Source: Blastocystis sp. Blastoise
Taxonomy: Eukaryota > Protista > Bigyra: Opalinata
Length of the DNA: 64,000 nt
NCBI GenBank assembly: GCA_039096225.1
Contig: JBBPEB010000024.1
Location: forward strand, 124,001-188,000
Direction of reading: 5' to 3'
Shown here: piece after piece, positions 14,231 through 26,600 of the stretch
Position numbering within the stretch: the stretch's first letter is position 1
Layout: every line of letters starts with the position of its first letter
Program-made: the position numbers and the translations under genes
The notes under the pieces: model-generated
Databases searched by the model: none
The model's input: the letters and a program-made list of their open reading frames with translations, nothing else
Told to the model about the DNA's origin: nothing

Positions 14231-14893
14231 GCGTCTGATCATAGTGATAGACTAACAAACCTATTAACATCTACTACTCTTACAGGATTCCAATATACAG
14301 ATGAAAGCTTAAAAACAAAAATAGATGATTCAAACAGTTGCAATGGATTCTATAGAGTCAATGATATTCCTAAATACATTCTATACAAAAACTTAGTATT
14401 CGCCCAAATGAATGGGATTCCCAATGTGATAAACTCCTTAGACGAAGTGGAGATCTTTATACGTAAGTACAGTCATGATACGGGCTACTCATTACGAGTG
14501 ATTAGAAGTTCAAGTACTTATATCGTTTATGGATGCCCAATCAAGATGTGTAATTTTGTTTGTAAGTACAGATGCGAAGAAGATTCCTTTCGTTTAGTCA
14601 AGTATCATATACATGATATAAATGTATATATATATATATATATATCCATTTAATATTTATTATTACTTTATTTATATTTATATATAATATAATTAATATG
14701 AATTATATAAATATATTTTTATATAGTAATATATATATATTGTTATGCTAATATATGTATTTATTCTTTTCATCTCTAGAGATGCTCAAGGTTTCAGTCA
14801 AAACTATTATTTTTAATAAAAAACGGAAATGCCCCGAAAAAGATATACAATACATATTGTAGAATGAATAATAGTCGTATTAATCACTATGAG
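14231..14893 (+). pseudogene. 5' fragment of a second MULE-type gene (MuDR-type Zn-finger DNA-binding exon)
   Basis: YSLRVIRSSSTYIVYGCPIKMCNFVCKY...KYHIHD is followed by an intron and RCSRF. This parallels PIKVQKSEKGRIIYKCCVSDCPF...HHD|KCNRF of the 9814-13168 gene. The sequence breaks off at ~14893. Confidence 0.65.
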
Positions 14894-15435
14894 GCAGGGT
14901 GGCCTATTTAAGAGTTTTGGTTGGTTAATTTTTAAAATAGTCCAATAATTTGTCTTTAAAAATTTGACCTTCTAAAAAAGTGGTTTAGAGAAGGAATTTT
15001 TCTAAAAAACAAGAAAAAATAATTCTAAGTCGATATTATTTTTCTATTTTTCTTTATTCTTCTCATATAGAGTTAATATGAGGTTTTTGACATTATATTC
15101 AATCAATAGGGTCTTTATTTGACAAACAGAGCTGCTTTTTATGTTTGTTTTCTTAACATTAGTGGTTTGGAAATGTTGACTTATTTTCAATAAAAATTGC
15201 TAAACGGTGTTCAATAGACCATCTAGACTCATAATATAAAGAAAAAAAACTTGTTTTATGATGTTTATAAAAAAGAGTCAAAAACAAAAATTCAGACAGT
15301 CAAATTTTGTAATACACGGTAATTTTTTTCATTTCAAAAAAAAAGCAAAATTTGAAACTTGGTCTTTTGTTTATTTTTTTGCTCAACTTGACGTATAATT
15401 ATATATTTACTTTAATTACATTATTTCTTATTTAG

Positions 15436-16912
15436 TTACAGTGTTCTCTTTTCAAATTTATTGTATTATTTCTATTTTATTTTACTTAATTCATTAGTTT
15501 ATTTAGGAATCTGGTCGTTCACAGATTAAGCAACTCTCTGGGTCGTGAAACAATGTTCTGTGCCATCCCTGATGGTCTAACTTGGTCAGAAAGTGCTTTC
15601 TGTATATAATTATATTTTACAATTAGTTTAATTTATTTAATTTATCTTTATTCTATAGTATAGAGTGATTCCTGGTTCTCCAACGTGTTTCTTGTGTCTT
15701 CTATGTCAGTTTGGTAAGTTTATTTATTAATTATATTATAATTACTTTTATTATTATTATTTTTATTTTATTTATTTATTTTTATATTTATTTAATATAT
15801 TAATTGATTTAATTTATTTATTTCCTTTTTAACTATTATTTTTATAATATTTTTGATATAATAAATTATATATATTTAGATATAGTATTTAAGACTTTAA
15901 TTACGTGACCCAACTTTTTAAATTTAATTTATTCTTCTCAGTTCTTTTATACATAAAAAGAAGAGTATTATATATATATGTATTATTATTATTATTATTA
16001 TTATTATGTTTTTATCATCCCCTATCTCTAGATACTCTACGCCTATTCTGCACGGATAACTACTTTATCGGAAGCACTAGTATCTCTCACTCGAATGGAT
16101 CCATCCTATGTGTGTACATTAGTCTATATTAGGCATTCATTGATCACATCACAAAAAAAAACTGAACTCGTAACTATATATATATATATATATATATTCA
16201 TTATTCTATTTATATGAATATCTATTATATATATAATAGACTCTATTTATTCTCAATTTACTGGCTGCTATTCAAGTATATTTATTTCTGGCTATTTCTC
16301 TTTGTACGTAACTCTATCACCTCGTCATTTCTGCTATCAAATATATTGATGTCAACACACCTGATCTAGCATCACCACGATTACTTGATTATATTTCTGC
16401 TTCTCCTATTGTCCTGAACTTCATGGTATATTGATTATTTTATAATCAGTGACTTCCAAAAGGCCCTTTTTTTTTGCGGTGCCGCAATTGTCACAGAAAA
16501 ATGTGACACTTTTGTTAATTTTTGACAGTGTAAAAATATTTATTATTATATTAAGTCATATTAAGTCTGACTTAAAGCGACTTTATGTGACTGTCAAAAA
16601 AAGTCACCGCAAGTGTCACAAAAAGTCGGGAAGGCACTGTTTATAATATTATATATATATATCCTTATATATAGATCATACTTCATTTTTCTGTTCTCTT
16701 GATGAACGAAAGGAATGGGCTACTGCTGTATATATATATATATTCTGATTATTATTATTATTATTAAATTATGTTATAATTATATAGCTCTTAAAGAAGT
16801 TCTGTTCCTTTATATTACGTGGTGTAGTGAGCAGTTCCACGTCATTCGACGCGTCATCGTTCAACGCGTCATCGGATCCCTAACTGAAACTGAGTATAAA
16901 GTTTAGCTCATC

Positions 16913-16947
<35 letters not shown>

Positions 16948-17245
16948 CTATCTCTATGTAATTTATAACTATATATAACTATAATTATTTCTATATAGTG
17001 AAGTTAGTTATCTTTCTCTCCCTAATACTACTAGTAGTCTCTTCCAAATGAACCCCTTCTTCCAATATATATATATCTCACCTATCCTGAACCTTATCTG
17101 CTTTATGTCAAGGAACACATCGAAGAAGTGAACGATATATTCACGGGAATCGACCCATTAACAGCCCCTCTACTGATATTCACAAGATTATTTTGAAATA
17201 TACAAATAATATTCATAGCATGGAAGCTTCATTCTATTTCAATAA
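15436..17245 (+). pseudogene. Multi-exon host-type gene of unknown function, interrupted by a hAT MITE and the Helitron; continues at 29767
   Basis: GT-AG-bounded exons include NLVVHRLSNSLGRETMFCAIPDGLTWSESAF, LYHLVISAIKYIDVNTPDLASPRLLDY and ALKEVLFLYITWCSEQFHVIRRVIVQRVIG. The last exon ...MEASFYFN(aa) joins in frame to (a)LDLPASLVDSF at 29767 once the Helitron is removed. Confidence 0.55.
16447..16639 (+). mobile_element. hAT-type MITE (193 bp) in an intron
   Basis: TIRs CAGTGACTTCC / GGAAGGCACTG, 8-bp TSD TTTATAAT on both sides, and a near-identical copy at 43864-44056. Confidence 0.9.
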
Positions 17246-17569
17246 GTATATATATATATTATTACTGTTAGTATATATTTGTTATTATTATATTTATTAA
17301 ATACTAGCGGGTGGCATCGGCTTCGCCGATGCTATGTATCTGTTAAGTCTTTGTCTATAATTTAATTTTTTTGCGACACATTTTTATTCAAAAATAAATG
17401 TTTTAAACTAAACAATATGATTGGTAAGAATTATTTAATAACATAAAAAATAAACAAATAAATCATTAAAAATTGAAAATTAAAAACAAATATTCATAAA
17501 CAATAAGACAAAATAAGAAAATTTAAAAACATAAAAAAACATATAACAAAATGCAACAACAAAAATAAA

Positions 17570-20500
17570 TTACAATACTCCATTAAATACACAATTTTTC
17601 GTAAACCATTCATTACTATTTCTGATTAATTGACCTTGATTAATATTATCATTCTTTATAAACATTTTTATACCATGAAAAGAACGTACTCTACTTAAAG
17701 CAACATATAATTGACCATGACTAAATACAGGTCTTTCTAAATAAATACCTACATTTTGAAATGTTTGACCTTGTGATTTATTAATAGTCATAGCAAAAGC
17801 TAATCTGACAGGAAATTGTTTTCTACTTAACTTACATGGTAAATCACTATCATCTACTATAAATTTAATTCTTGGAATCAATACTATATCTTGTCCTTCT
17901 AACATATTATCAGTTCTTACTAATAATTGACTTCTTATTACATTTGGTTTTGTATCTAATACTACTAATCTCGTTCCATTACATAATCCTCTCTTTATAT
18001 CTAAATTTCTTAATAACATAATAACTGAACCTCTTTTCAATTCTAAATTATGAGGTGGACATCCTTGAGGAATTAAACTATTTAAATATTCTGTACTATA
18101 AGCATCTCTTTCATCTATATCTTCTACTTCTTCTGCTAATTCATCATGACTATAATAATGATGAGAACTTGATCTTATCATATTTTGAATTCTTTCATTA
18201 ATTAAATATGCTTGTTCATTTGTTGCACATAATATACAATTTGAAGCTAATTTCTGTCTATATATATCTGTATTTGAATCATTAATAAATTCATGAAATA
18301 TCTCTTCACCTATATTCTCATCACAAATACATTCTCTTGGAATATGTACTTTATCTTTTGATAATAATCTTAATTTATTATTACATCTCTCACCATTTCC
18401 TATCTTCAATAAGAATTCTTTAAATTCTATTTCATTTGCATTTGCTCTCATATTTTCTGTCAATTGAAATTGATTAAATTCATTCCAAATATCTAAATAT
18501 TTAATACATAAAGGAACTATATCAGCTTCTTTTCCATGAGCTACTACTGGTAAACATTGTCTAAAATCTCCACCTAATACTATTGTTTTACCTGCAAATG
18601 GAATATCTATCTCATCATTATATAAGAATCTTAATAATCGATCAACTACTTTTAAAGCATATTTAGAAGCCATAGGAGCTTCATCCCATATTATTATTTT
18701 ACATTTCTTAATTTGTTCTGCTCTTGGAGATCCTCTTGAAATAGAAGAAGAAGAAGATTCATTTAATTCAAAAGGTAATCCAAATTGTGAATGAGATGTT
18801 TTTCCTCCACATAATAAAGTAGCTGCAATACCTGTCCATGCAACTGCTATCACATCATCTATATTATTTCTTATTGATTTAATTATTGTATTATAAAGAA
18901 ATGTTTTTCCAGTTCCTCCTGGTCCATCTATAAAAAACATATTATTTCTATGAGGTTCATTATTATTCACTGATTCCATTATTGATTCATATACTCTTCT
19001 TTGTCCTTCATTCAATAAACTTATATTTCTTTCTGCTATTCTATGATCTTCTTCAAAATTAATTCCTTCGGATTCATAATCTATCATATTAGTATTATTA
19101 TCAAATTGTGGTAAATTAGTACTTTGATATCCTCCATTATGTTTATTTGTATCTATAACACTTCTTATATGATTTAATGCTCTAGGTATACAATATTCTT
19201 CTATTATTCTATTCACTTCATTATCTTCTGAATCTAATACATATGCATCTTGTCTATCTATACTTATATATTCATTTATATATTGATGAAAGAAATCATC
19301 TATCATATCATTCCTATAAGTATTCCAAATAGATAATGGATCAGTAATAGGATAATAAGAACAAAGTAAACCAAATAATTGTCTTAATTGCCAAGGAGTA
19401 GCATCTATTACTTCATTTGCAAGAATATCATAATATTCTGTATCATCTACTAATAATCCTCTTGCTATACAGGATTCTCTATATGTATTATATATTTGAC
19501 CTTCATAACATTTTAAATCATCAAAACTTAATGGACGACTTACATGTAATAAAAGTATTCTTAAACAAAATAAATTATCATTTGTAGGATCCATATAAGG
19601 AAGTCTTCCTATTACTTTATTATTTCTTCTTCTATGATTCCATTTCTTTAATTTTGAATCATATGTATAATATTTAGGAAATTCTATATAAGTTAAAATA
19701 GAGGGTTCATCCATTGTTCCTCTTGATTCTTCATTTATATATAAATCATTCATTTTAAAATATGCTGTTAACATTGTATCTTGATTCATTATTCTATCTA
19801 AAGCTCTTTCTTCATCTCCTTCCACATAATATACAGTTCTATCATTCTCATCATGAATATCTAAAGTAATTACACTCACATTACAATATTTTATTGGAAA
19901 GCCATATATTCTCCACATAGCTTCAGGAGCTGATAAATATCTTCCTTTTAAATAAGATTTCATTTCATTTGGTATTTCTATTTCATTTATATTTGAATTA
20001 TTTGGATTATTATTATTAGTATTATTATTAGTATCTTCTCTTGCTATTTCTGCATTAATAGAATCATGTCCTTTAAAAGCATATTTAAATATATATTTAG
20101 GACTTCTTACTGAAGAACATACTTCTACATTAATATGGCAACCTATTCTTAATGATAAATATGGATTATATGGAACTACCCATCTATTATCTAAAGTATT
20201 ATTTACATTTGATTGTCTACCTATTACATATACTCTACCATTATCTCTTCTTCTATAATTTGGATATCCATCTTCATTTATTGTAGTTTCATTTCTATAA
20301 TCTTTTGGAAATTTCTTTGAACAATATTGTTGACCATTTATTTCTTTCATACATTGAGATGTTCTTGTATGAGGACCATGCATATTCATTGAAGTAATAA
20401 TTTCATATAATCTTGGATTCTTTATAGGATCAGGAATTTCTGCACATATATAGGAATCTATATCTTCAGGAGTTCTTAATTTATATTCATTCTCTAAAGT

Positions 20501-23500
20501 AATTAAAATATGTGCATGAGGCATTCCTCTCTTCTGATATTCTATTGAATAACATAAACATTTTACTTCTCCAAATACTTTAAAATTTGTTATCAAATGA
20601 GTTAAGATTTTCAATTTTATATAAAATACTCTATCTACTATATCAGGTCTCATCCAAGGTTGTTGACCTTCTTCTAATGATTCTAAGATTTCTGGTCAAT
20701 TTGGATTGCAAGTCATGGTTATAAATAAATCTGGTTTACCATAAGCTCTTACAATAGCCATTGTTTCTAAATAGGAATTCTTCATATATCGAGGACCACC
20801 TACAAAACTTGATGGAATAATAACTGCTTTTCCCATTCTACTTCTTATATATTCATCACTAAATCCATTTCGTATCATCTCATTCACTGTATCTCGAAAT
20901 ACAGAATATTTCTCTGATCTTAATTTTGTTTGATTATTTGCTATAAATAATAATCTTGAATATTCTATTTTTGTAGCTGCATCAACCATAAATTGTAATA
21001 ATAATTTTTCAAATAATAATAAATAATTCTTATGATTAGGATGTCTTGCATATAATAAATAAGAATAGAATTCTCTTAATGAAATAGTAGGTATAGTATA
21101 AAATTCATTTCCTAAAATATCTAATGGAAATCCTCTTTCTGATCTATTTCTAAAAATTGGAATAATTCTCATAGATTTTGAATCATCTCCATTACTATCA
21201 TTATTCTCTGTATGATTACTATTTATTCTATAATTATTTCTATTATTTAATTCATTTTCTACTTCTTTTATTATTTCATTCTCATTATTATTATTATTAG
21301 TTGTTGTTCTTGTAGAAATATTTCTATTATTATTATTATTATTATTTTGACGATTTAAATGTAATTCAGAATTATGTATAATATTAGAAGTAGATTCTAA
21401 ACTCCATAATGGTAATCCATAAGGAAACATTAATGGATATATTAAAGGATCACAAAAAGGATTATTATAGCTAAGATTTGTTATTTGTTGTTCTGATATA
21501 TTTTCATTATTATTTTCATTTTCATTATTATTTTCATTATTATTTTCATTATTATTATCATTTCTTCTTCTTCTTCTTGGATAACATGAAAGATTAATAT
21601 TTGGTAAACCTTCATCATTTTGTTTTGGTATAATCATAGCTATTTCATTTGTTGTAGTAGGAGCATTAAATCTTCTCCTATCATCATAATTACTTATTTT
21701 AAATTGTAATTTTAAATTTACTTGTGAATAAGTAGTATTATTTATTCTTCTTGATTCTGTTACTTGTTCATGTAATGTTTTAAAAGATTCATAAATTTTA
21801 TTATTATTTCTTATCATAGAATCAATACTTAATAATAAATCAGAAGATAATTCTGAAAACATACTATTTCCATTTCGAATATGAAGAGCTTCTTCTTCAT
21901 CATAAATATATATTTGATTAAAAGAAGGAGGAGAATTATCAGAAGGATATAAATCACTCATAGAATGATATACATTACCATGAACTCTATAAAAATATGG
22001 TCATGGACCATTCATTCTTGTTACTACATTAGAACATGACATAGAAGCAAAAGCAAAAGCATTATTATATCTTCTTATCTCATTTCTAAATAATTTATTA
22101 TTTGTTGTCTGACTCTTTAATTGATTTAATAATTCATTTGGAAGATTTATAGGTGATTCTACTTTCACTTTCCCATTATTACAACACATTGTATAATTTG
22201 AATTTCTTGTAATGATATAATCATGATCTCCTTCATAAAAATAAAATGAATTTCGTGCTCTAGAAGACTCTGTATTATACTGTAAGTGTGAAACATATTT
22301 ATTAAAATTATAGTTTGCTCTTTCTGCTTCAAAATGAATAGCTTCACAATGAATACAAACATGATTCATTTTACCTATATTATAATATTCATATTTATTA
22401 TTTCTATGAATATCTCTTTCATTCTCTTCTATTATTTGTTCTCCATTTCCTATACATAATATAATAATAGTTTTATTATCATAATGAAAGAATTATAATG
22501 ATAATATAATATTAAGCATACTTAATTTAATACATGCTTCACAATTTTCAAATCTTATTACAATAGGAATATTGTTATTATTTTCTCCATTATTATTTTC
22601 ATTTTGATTATCTATATCTATATCGTTATTATTTGTAGAGTTTATTGGCTGTATTTGCAAAATAGGATTATTAGTAGTATTAGGAGGAATAATAGGTGTG
22701 AAATCACTATCTGAACTTGAATCATTATCTGAAGTAGAAGAATCAAAATTAATTCTTCTTCTATGATTATTTATTTTTGCTGATAATAAATTATTATTAT
22801 TAGGATTTTGAATAGGAGATATTTGATAATAATTTAATATATCTAATATTGATGATCTTGGTAGAGGAGGAATAATAGAATTATTATTATTATTATTATG
22901 AGAAGAAGAAGAAGAATTAATAATTCTTGAATCAAGAGGAGATAATCTAGGAGGTGTTATAATAGGTGATAATCTAGGAGGTGTTATAATGAGAGAAGTA
23001 GAAGGAAATACTATTTGATTATTTGTATTAGAATTTGGTGTATTATGTATAGATGGAGTATGATTATTATTGCTATTATTATCTGATAGAATATCATTAT
23101 TGTGTTGATTATGTAAAGGAGTTATAGGATTATTTAATATAGTAGGTTGTGTATTATCATTTGTATCATTATTTTCAAAAACAAAAGTAGAATTAAAACT
23201 ATCATCAACTATTGATTGAGACATATTTTCATTGTTGTTATTATTTATGTCAGTTTCTATAAAATCTGTTTCATTAATTAATGTTTGAGCAATATTTTCA
23301 TTATTTAAATTTGTATAATTATTTAAATTTGATTCAATAAAATTTGTTTCACTAATTAATGTGCCGATTGCATTATTAATAGATAAGTTTGTATAATTAT
23401 TTTGAGTTGAAGTAACACTTGAAATTAGAGAAGAAGAAGATATAGTTTCTATATAGTTTTGTTGTATTTGATGTTGTTCACTTATTTGATATACATTATT

Positions 23501-23658
23501 TAATGAATTATTTGTATTGAATAATGAATTATCTTGATTTAAATCATTTTGACTTTCGTCTAATATTTGATTATTTCTCTTTTTTGATTTGTGAGTATTC
23601 AAAAAATTTCCAAATATATCTCTTCTTTTAAGAGAATTAGATTGTTTTCGTTTTATCC
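17570..23658 (-). pseudogene. Helitron RepHel (HUH replication initiator + Pif1-family SF1B helicase) with two in-frame TGA codons
   Basis: Motifs seen: Zn finger CIHC...CC, Helitron-like N domain, HUH (EYQKRGMPHAHIL), Y2 (KYIFKYAFKG), and helicase motifs GPGGTGKT, IWDEAPM, GDFRQCLP, GLCNGTRL, FAMTINKSQGQT, HGQLYVALSR. The four ORF pieces form one frame via intron 22450-22521 and TGAs at 22001-22003 and 20696-20698. Start codon unresolved. Confidence 0.92.
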
Positions 23659-23860
23659 CTATAGTATTACATATAATTAGTTTATATAAGAATGTAATTA
23701 AATATGTATTATTATCTTAAAAATATATACATATTTAAATTATTATCTTCATTATATTTATATAAAAAAATATTTAACCAAACAAAAAGTAAGTTTAAAA
23801 AGAAAAAAAAGTAAATAACAATACAAATCTAACAAAATATAAAATAACAAAACAAAGCTC

Positions 23861-24980
23861 TTAATAATAATCAAGAGGAGATAAAGGACAAATAGGTGAA
23901 GTAGGAGGTGAAACCTCTCTATCACTATAAGGAGGACTTGATAGATCCTCTTCATCCTCTTCTTTATCATTTTTATTATTATTTGATAAAAGAACTATTA
24001 TAATATTTTAATTTATATATATATTACATACCTGAGTGTTTTTCTTTATTACTGGATAATTCTTTAGTTTTATTTGCAAATAGAGTTGTATTATCTTTGT
24101 ATATAAATCTATTAATAACTTCTGAGTCATCGTTACCTATTTATATAAACTATTTCTATTAAAAATCATACTATCACAATTAACCGAGAATAGTTTACTC
24201 TCAAAGAATTGTTTTTCAATATTATTACTAAAATGACTATTTTCTAAATAAAAATATATTAAAAATAGTTAATATTAAAATGTACCTTCGCTTCCTTTAT
24301 AATTTAAACAAAAGCAAGAAGAGTGAAATTCGAATATGTTCTCTATTCTCTTGTACTCTATGTATATAAGAAAATATAAAACGTTTAGTCAAATTGAAAC
24401 AAACATAATACAAAAAATAATAATAGCATAGCATCACTCTTAGTGATATGCTATTATGGAAAAGAAACAAAATATATAATAATAAGTTTCTAATCAATAT
24501 CAAATAAATATTTATTTATATCGTTGATATATATTAAATTTTTCTAACCTTAGACTATACTGAATACTCAATATTATAAATAGATGAGATTCTTATTATA
24601 TAGGTTAATATTTAATACATAACACAAAATAATAAATAAATAAATGATATCAAGTATAACAAATTATTATATATTTAAAAACAGAAAAAAATTAAAAAAC
24701 TCAAGTAAAACAAAAATAAAATTAAATAAAATACTTTTACAATTTATATTAAACATTGCAGATTCTTTCCTGCATTTTTCACACTTAGTGAGACAACATT
24801 CATCCTCTTCTTTACCTAATATATATATAGATATAATTGAATTTAGTACTATATACTTTTTACTAATGCAGTTTCATTTGAATTATTTCTATTTTTCATA
24901 GAACGAATTTCTAAATATATAATTATAAGTAATATTAATACATACTTTGATTTAAATAATGTTTTGACCTTTTAGAATCT

Positions 24981-25027
<47 letters not shown>

Positions 25028-25871
25028 TTGAACAGATTTCAGTATCTGCTATATCGTCTATATTGTATATTAGTAAATAAAATGATTATATACTATTCAT
25101 TATTGATAAATCAACATCTATATATATATATATGTATTATAATATAATCATAATATATAAATATATAAGTAATATAATTTAGAATGATATGATATGTACC
25201 AACTGGATTTGAAAGAATAGAAGAAGCAACTATATATGTAATGATTATTATATATTACGGCATATATTATAATATTTGTACCAAAAATATATAATATAAT
25301 AAAAAATCATACCATTTGGTATTGATTGAATAGAAGAAGTACCTAGATAAAAGAATTTTTATTTTATATTATATTTTAATACATATTATAATATAAAAAC
25401 TATATATATAATATATATTTACTGTTTAATGAATTAGGGATCAATGAGGAGTCTATAAATAGAAAAAGAATAAGTATATATATAGCATATATAATATATA
25501 TAATATGTATATGTACTATTCATAGAATTAGGTATCAATGAGGAGTCTATAAATAAATAATAAATTAGTATATATAGTATACATATAATATGTATATAAA
25601 ATGTATAATTACTGTTTGTGGAATTAGGTATCGATGAGAAGTCTATATATAAATGAGATAAGATATTGCAGTATAATATTTAATAAATATTTTATAATAT
25701 ATAAAATATAATATTTTATATATACTATTTAATGAAGAAGCGCTCGATGAAGGGTCTATATATATAATAATATATACATTATAACGTAATATTAAATATA
25801 TATATAAATTATATATATATGTACTATTAAGGAAAAAAGGTTATTTAAAGAACATATTTGTAGTAATGAAT

Positions 25872-25907
<36 letters not shown>

Positions 25908-26600
25908 TTTATAGAATATATTGTCGATAAAGAATCTATAAAAGAAAGATATCATTATATATTATAAAATAATATTTAAATAATATTTATAATATATATA
26001 TACCTCCCAAAAAAGAAGGAATATTTGAATAATCTACATATATAAAATAATTATTACTCATAAGATATAATATATATAATATGTATATGTACTATTCATG
26101 GAATTCGGAATCGAACTGGAGTCTATAGAAATATAGAATAGTATATATAATATATATAGTATATATATGTTTGATTAACATTATTCATATATAGATTCTT
26201 ACTCAAATTATGTACAAAAATAATAATTTAATATTGTAATAATATTATATTTTAAAGAGTTGAAAACGAAAATCAAAAATAATATATATATTTAATTTAG
26301 AAAATATAAACTGTTTAAAAATTCAATTATCTTGTGTTAAAATAAAGAATTATATAATAATAGAAAAAGAAATATTAATTTTTAATCAATTAAAAGATAA
26401 ACCAATTATTAATAAAAATATATTATATTACTAAATATAATAATAATATAAATGTATATCTACCTTCTTGATTGTATTGTGACAACAAAGACAATAACGG
26501 GCATTCCATATCTAAACTTGAGTCTAAATAATTAAAAAAATCTCAATAAAATTAATAATATACCATCGTGACTATTATAATTTCTTTTGGATCTAGTCAT
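23861..26600 (-). CDS. 20-exon micro-exon gene inside the Helitron (~324 aa: Ser/Asn-rich 10-aa repeats, Cys/His cluster, acidic Ser/Pro tail)
   Basis: ATG at 26600. Exons (plus coordinates): 26564-26600, 26464-26523, 26093-26122, 26004-26033, 25906-25935, 25726-25755, 25613-25642, 25517-25546, 25423-25452, 25313-25342, 25200-25229, 25094-25117, 25028-25057, 24946-24981, 24857-24910, 24735-24815, 24286-24357, 24172-24243, 24032-24136, 23861-23994. All introns are GT-AG and phase 1, and the frame is open to TAA at 23861-23863. Confidence 0.75.

Noticed and set aside
13822-14896. TGCCTCAT / ATGAGGCA as TIRs of a ~1.07-kb element
   Set aside because: Only 8 bp match and there is no TSD. The left motif is better explained as the MULE terminus and the right one overlaps coding sequence.
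14895-15420. Possible TIR element starting CAGGGTGGCC that truncates the MULE fragment
   Set aside because: No matching opposite end or TSD found, so it cannot be classified.
25423-26122. CRISPR-like array (~30-nt repeats with ~60-90-nt spacers)
   Set aside because: Eukaryotic context, no cas genes, divergent repeats. Each unit is bounded by AG/GT splice signals and keeps frame, so they read as micro-exons.
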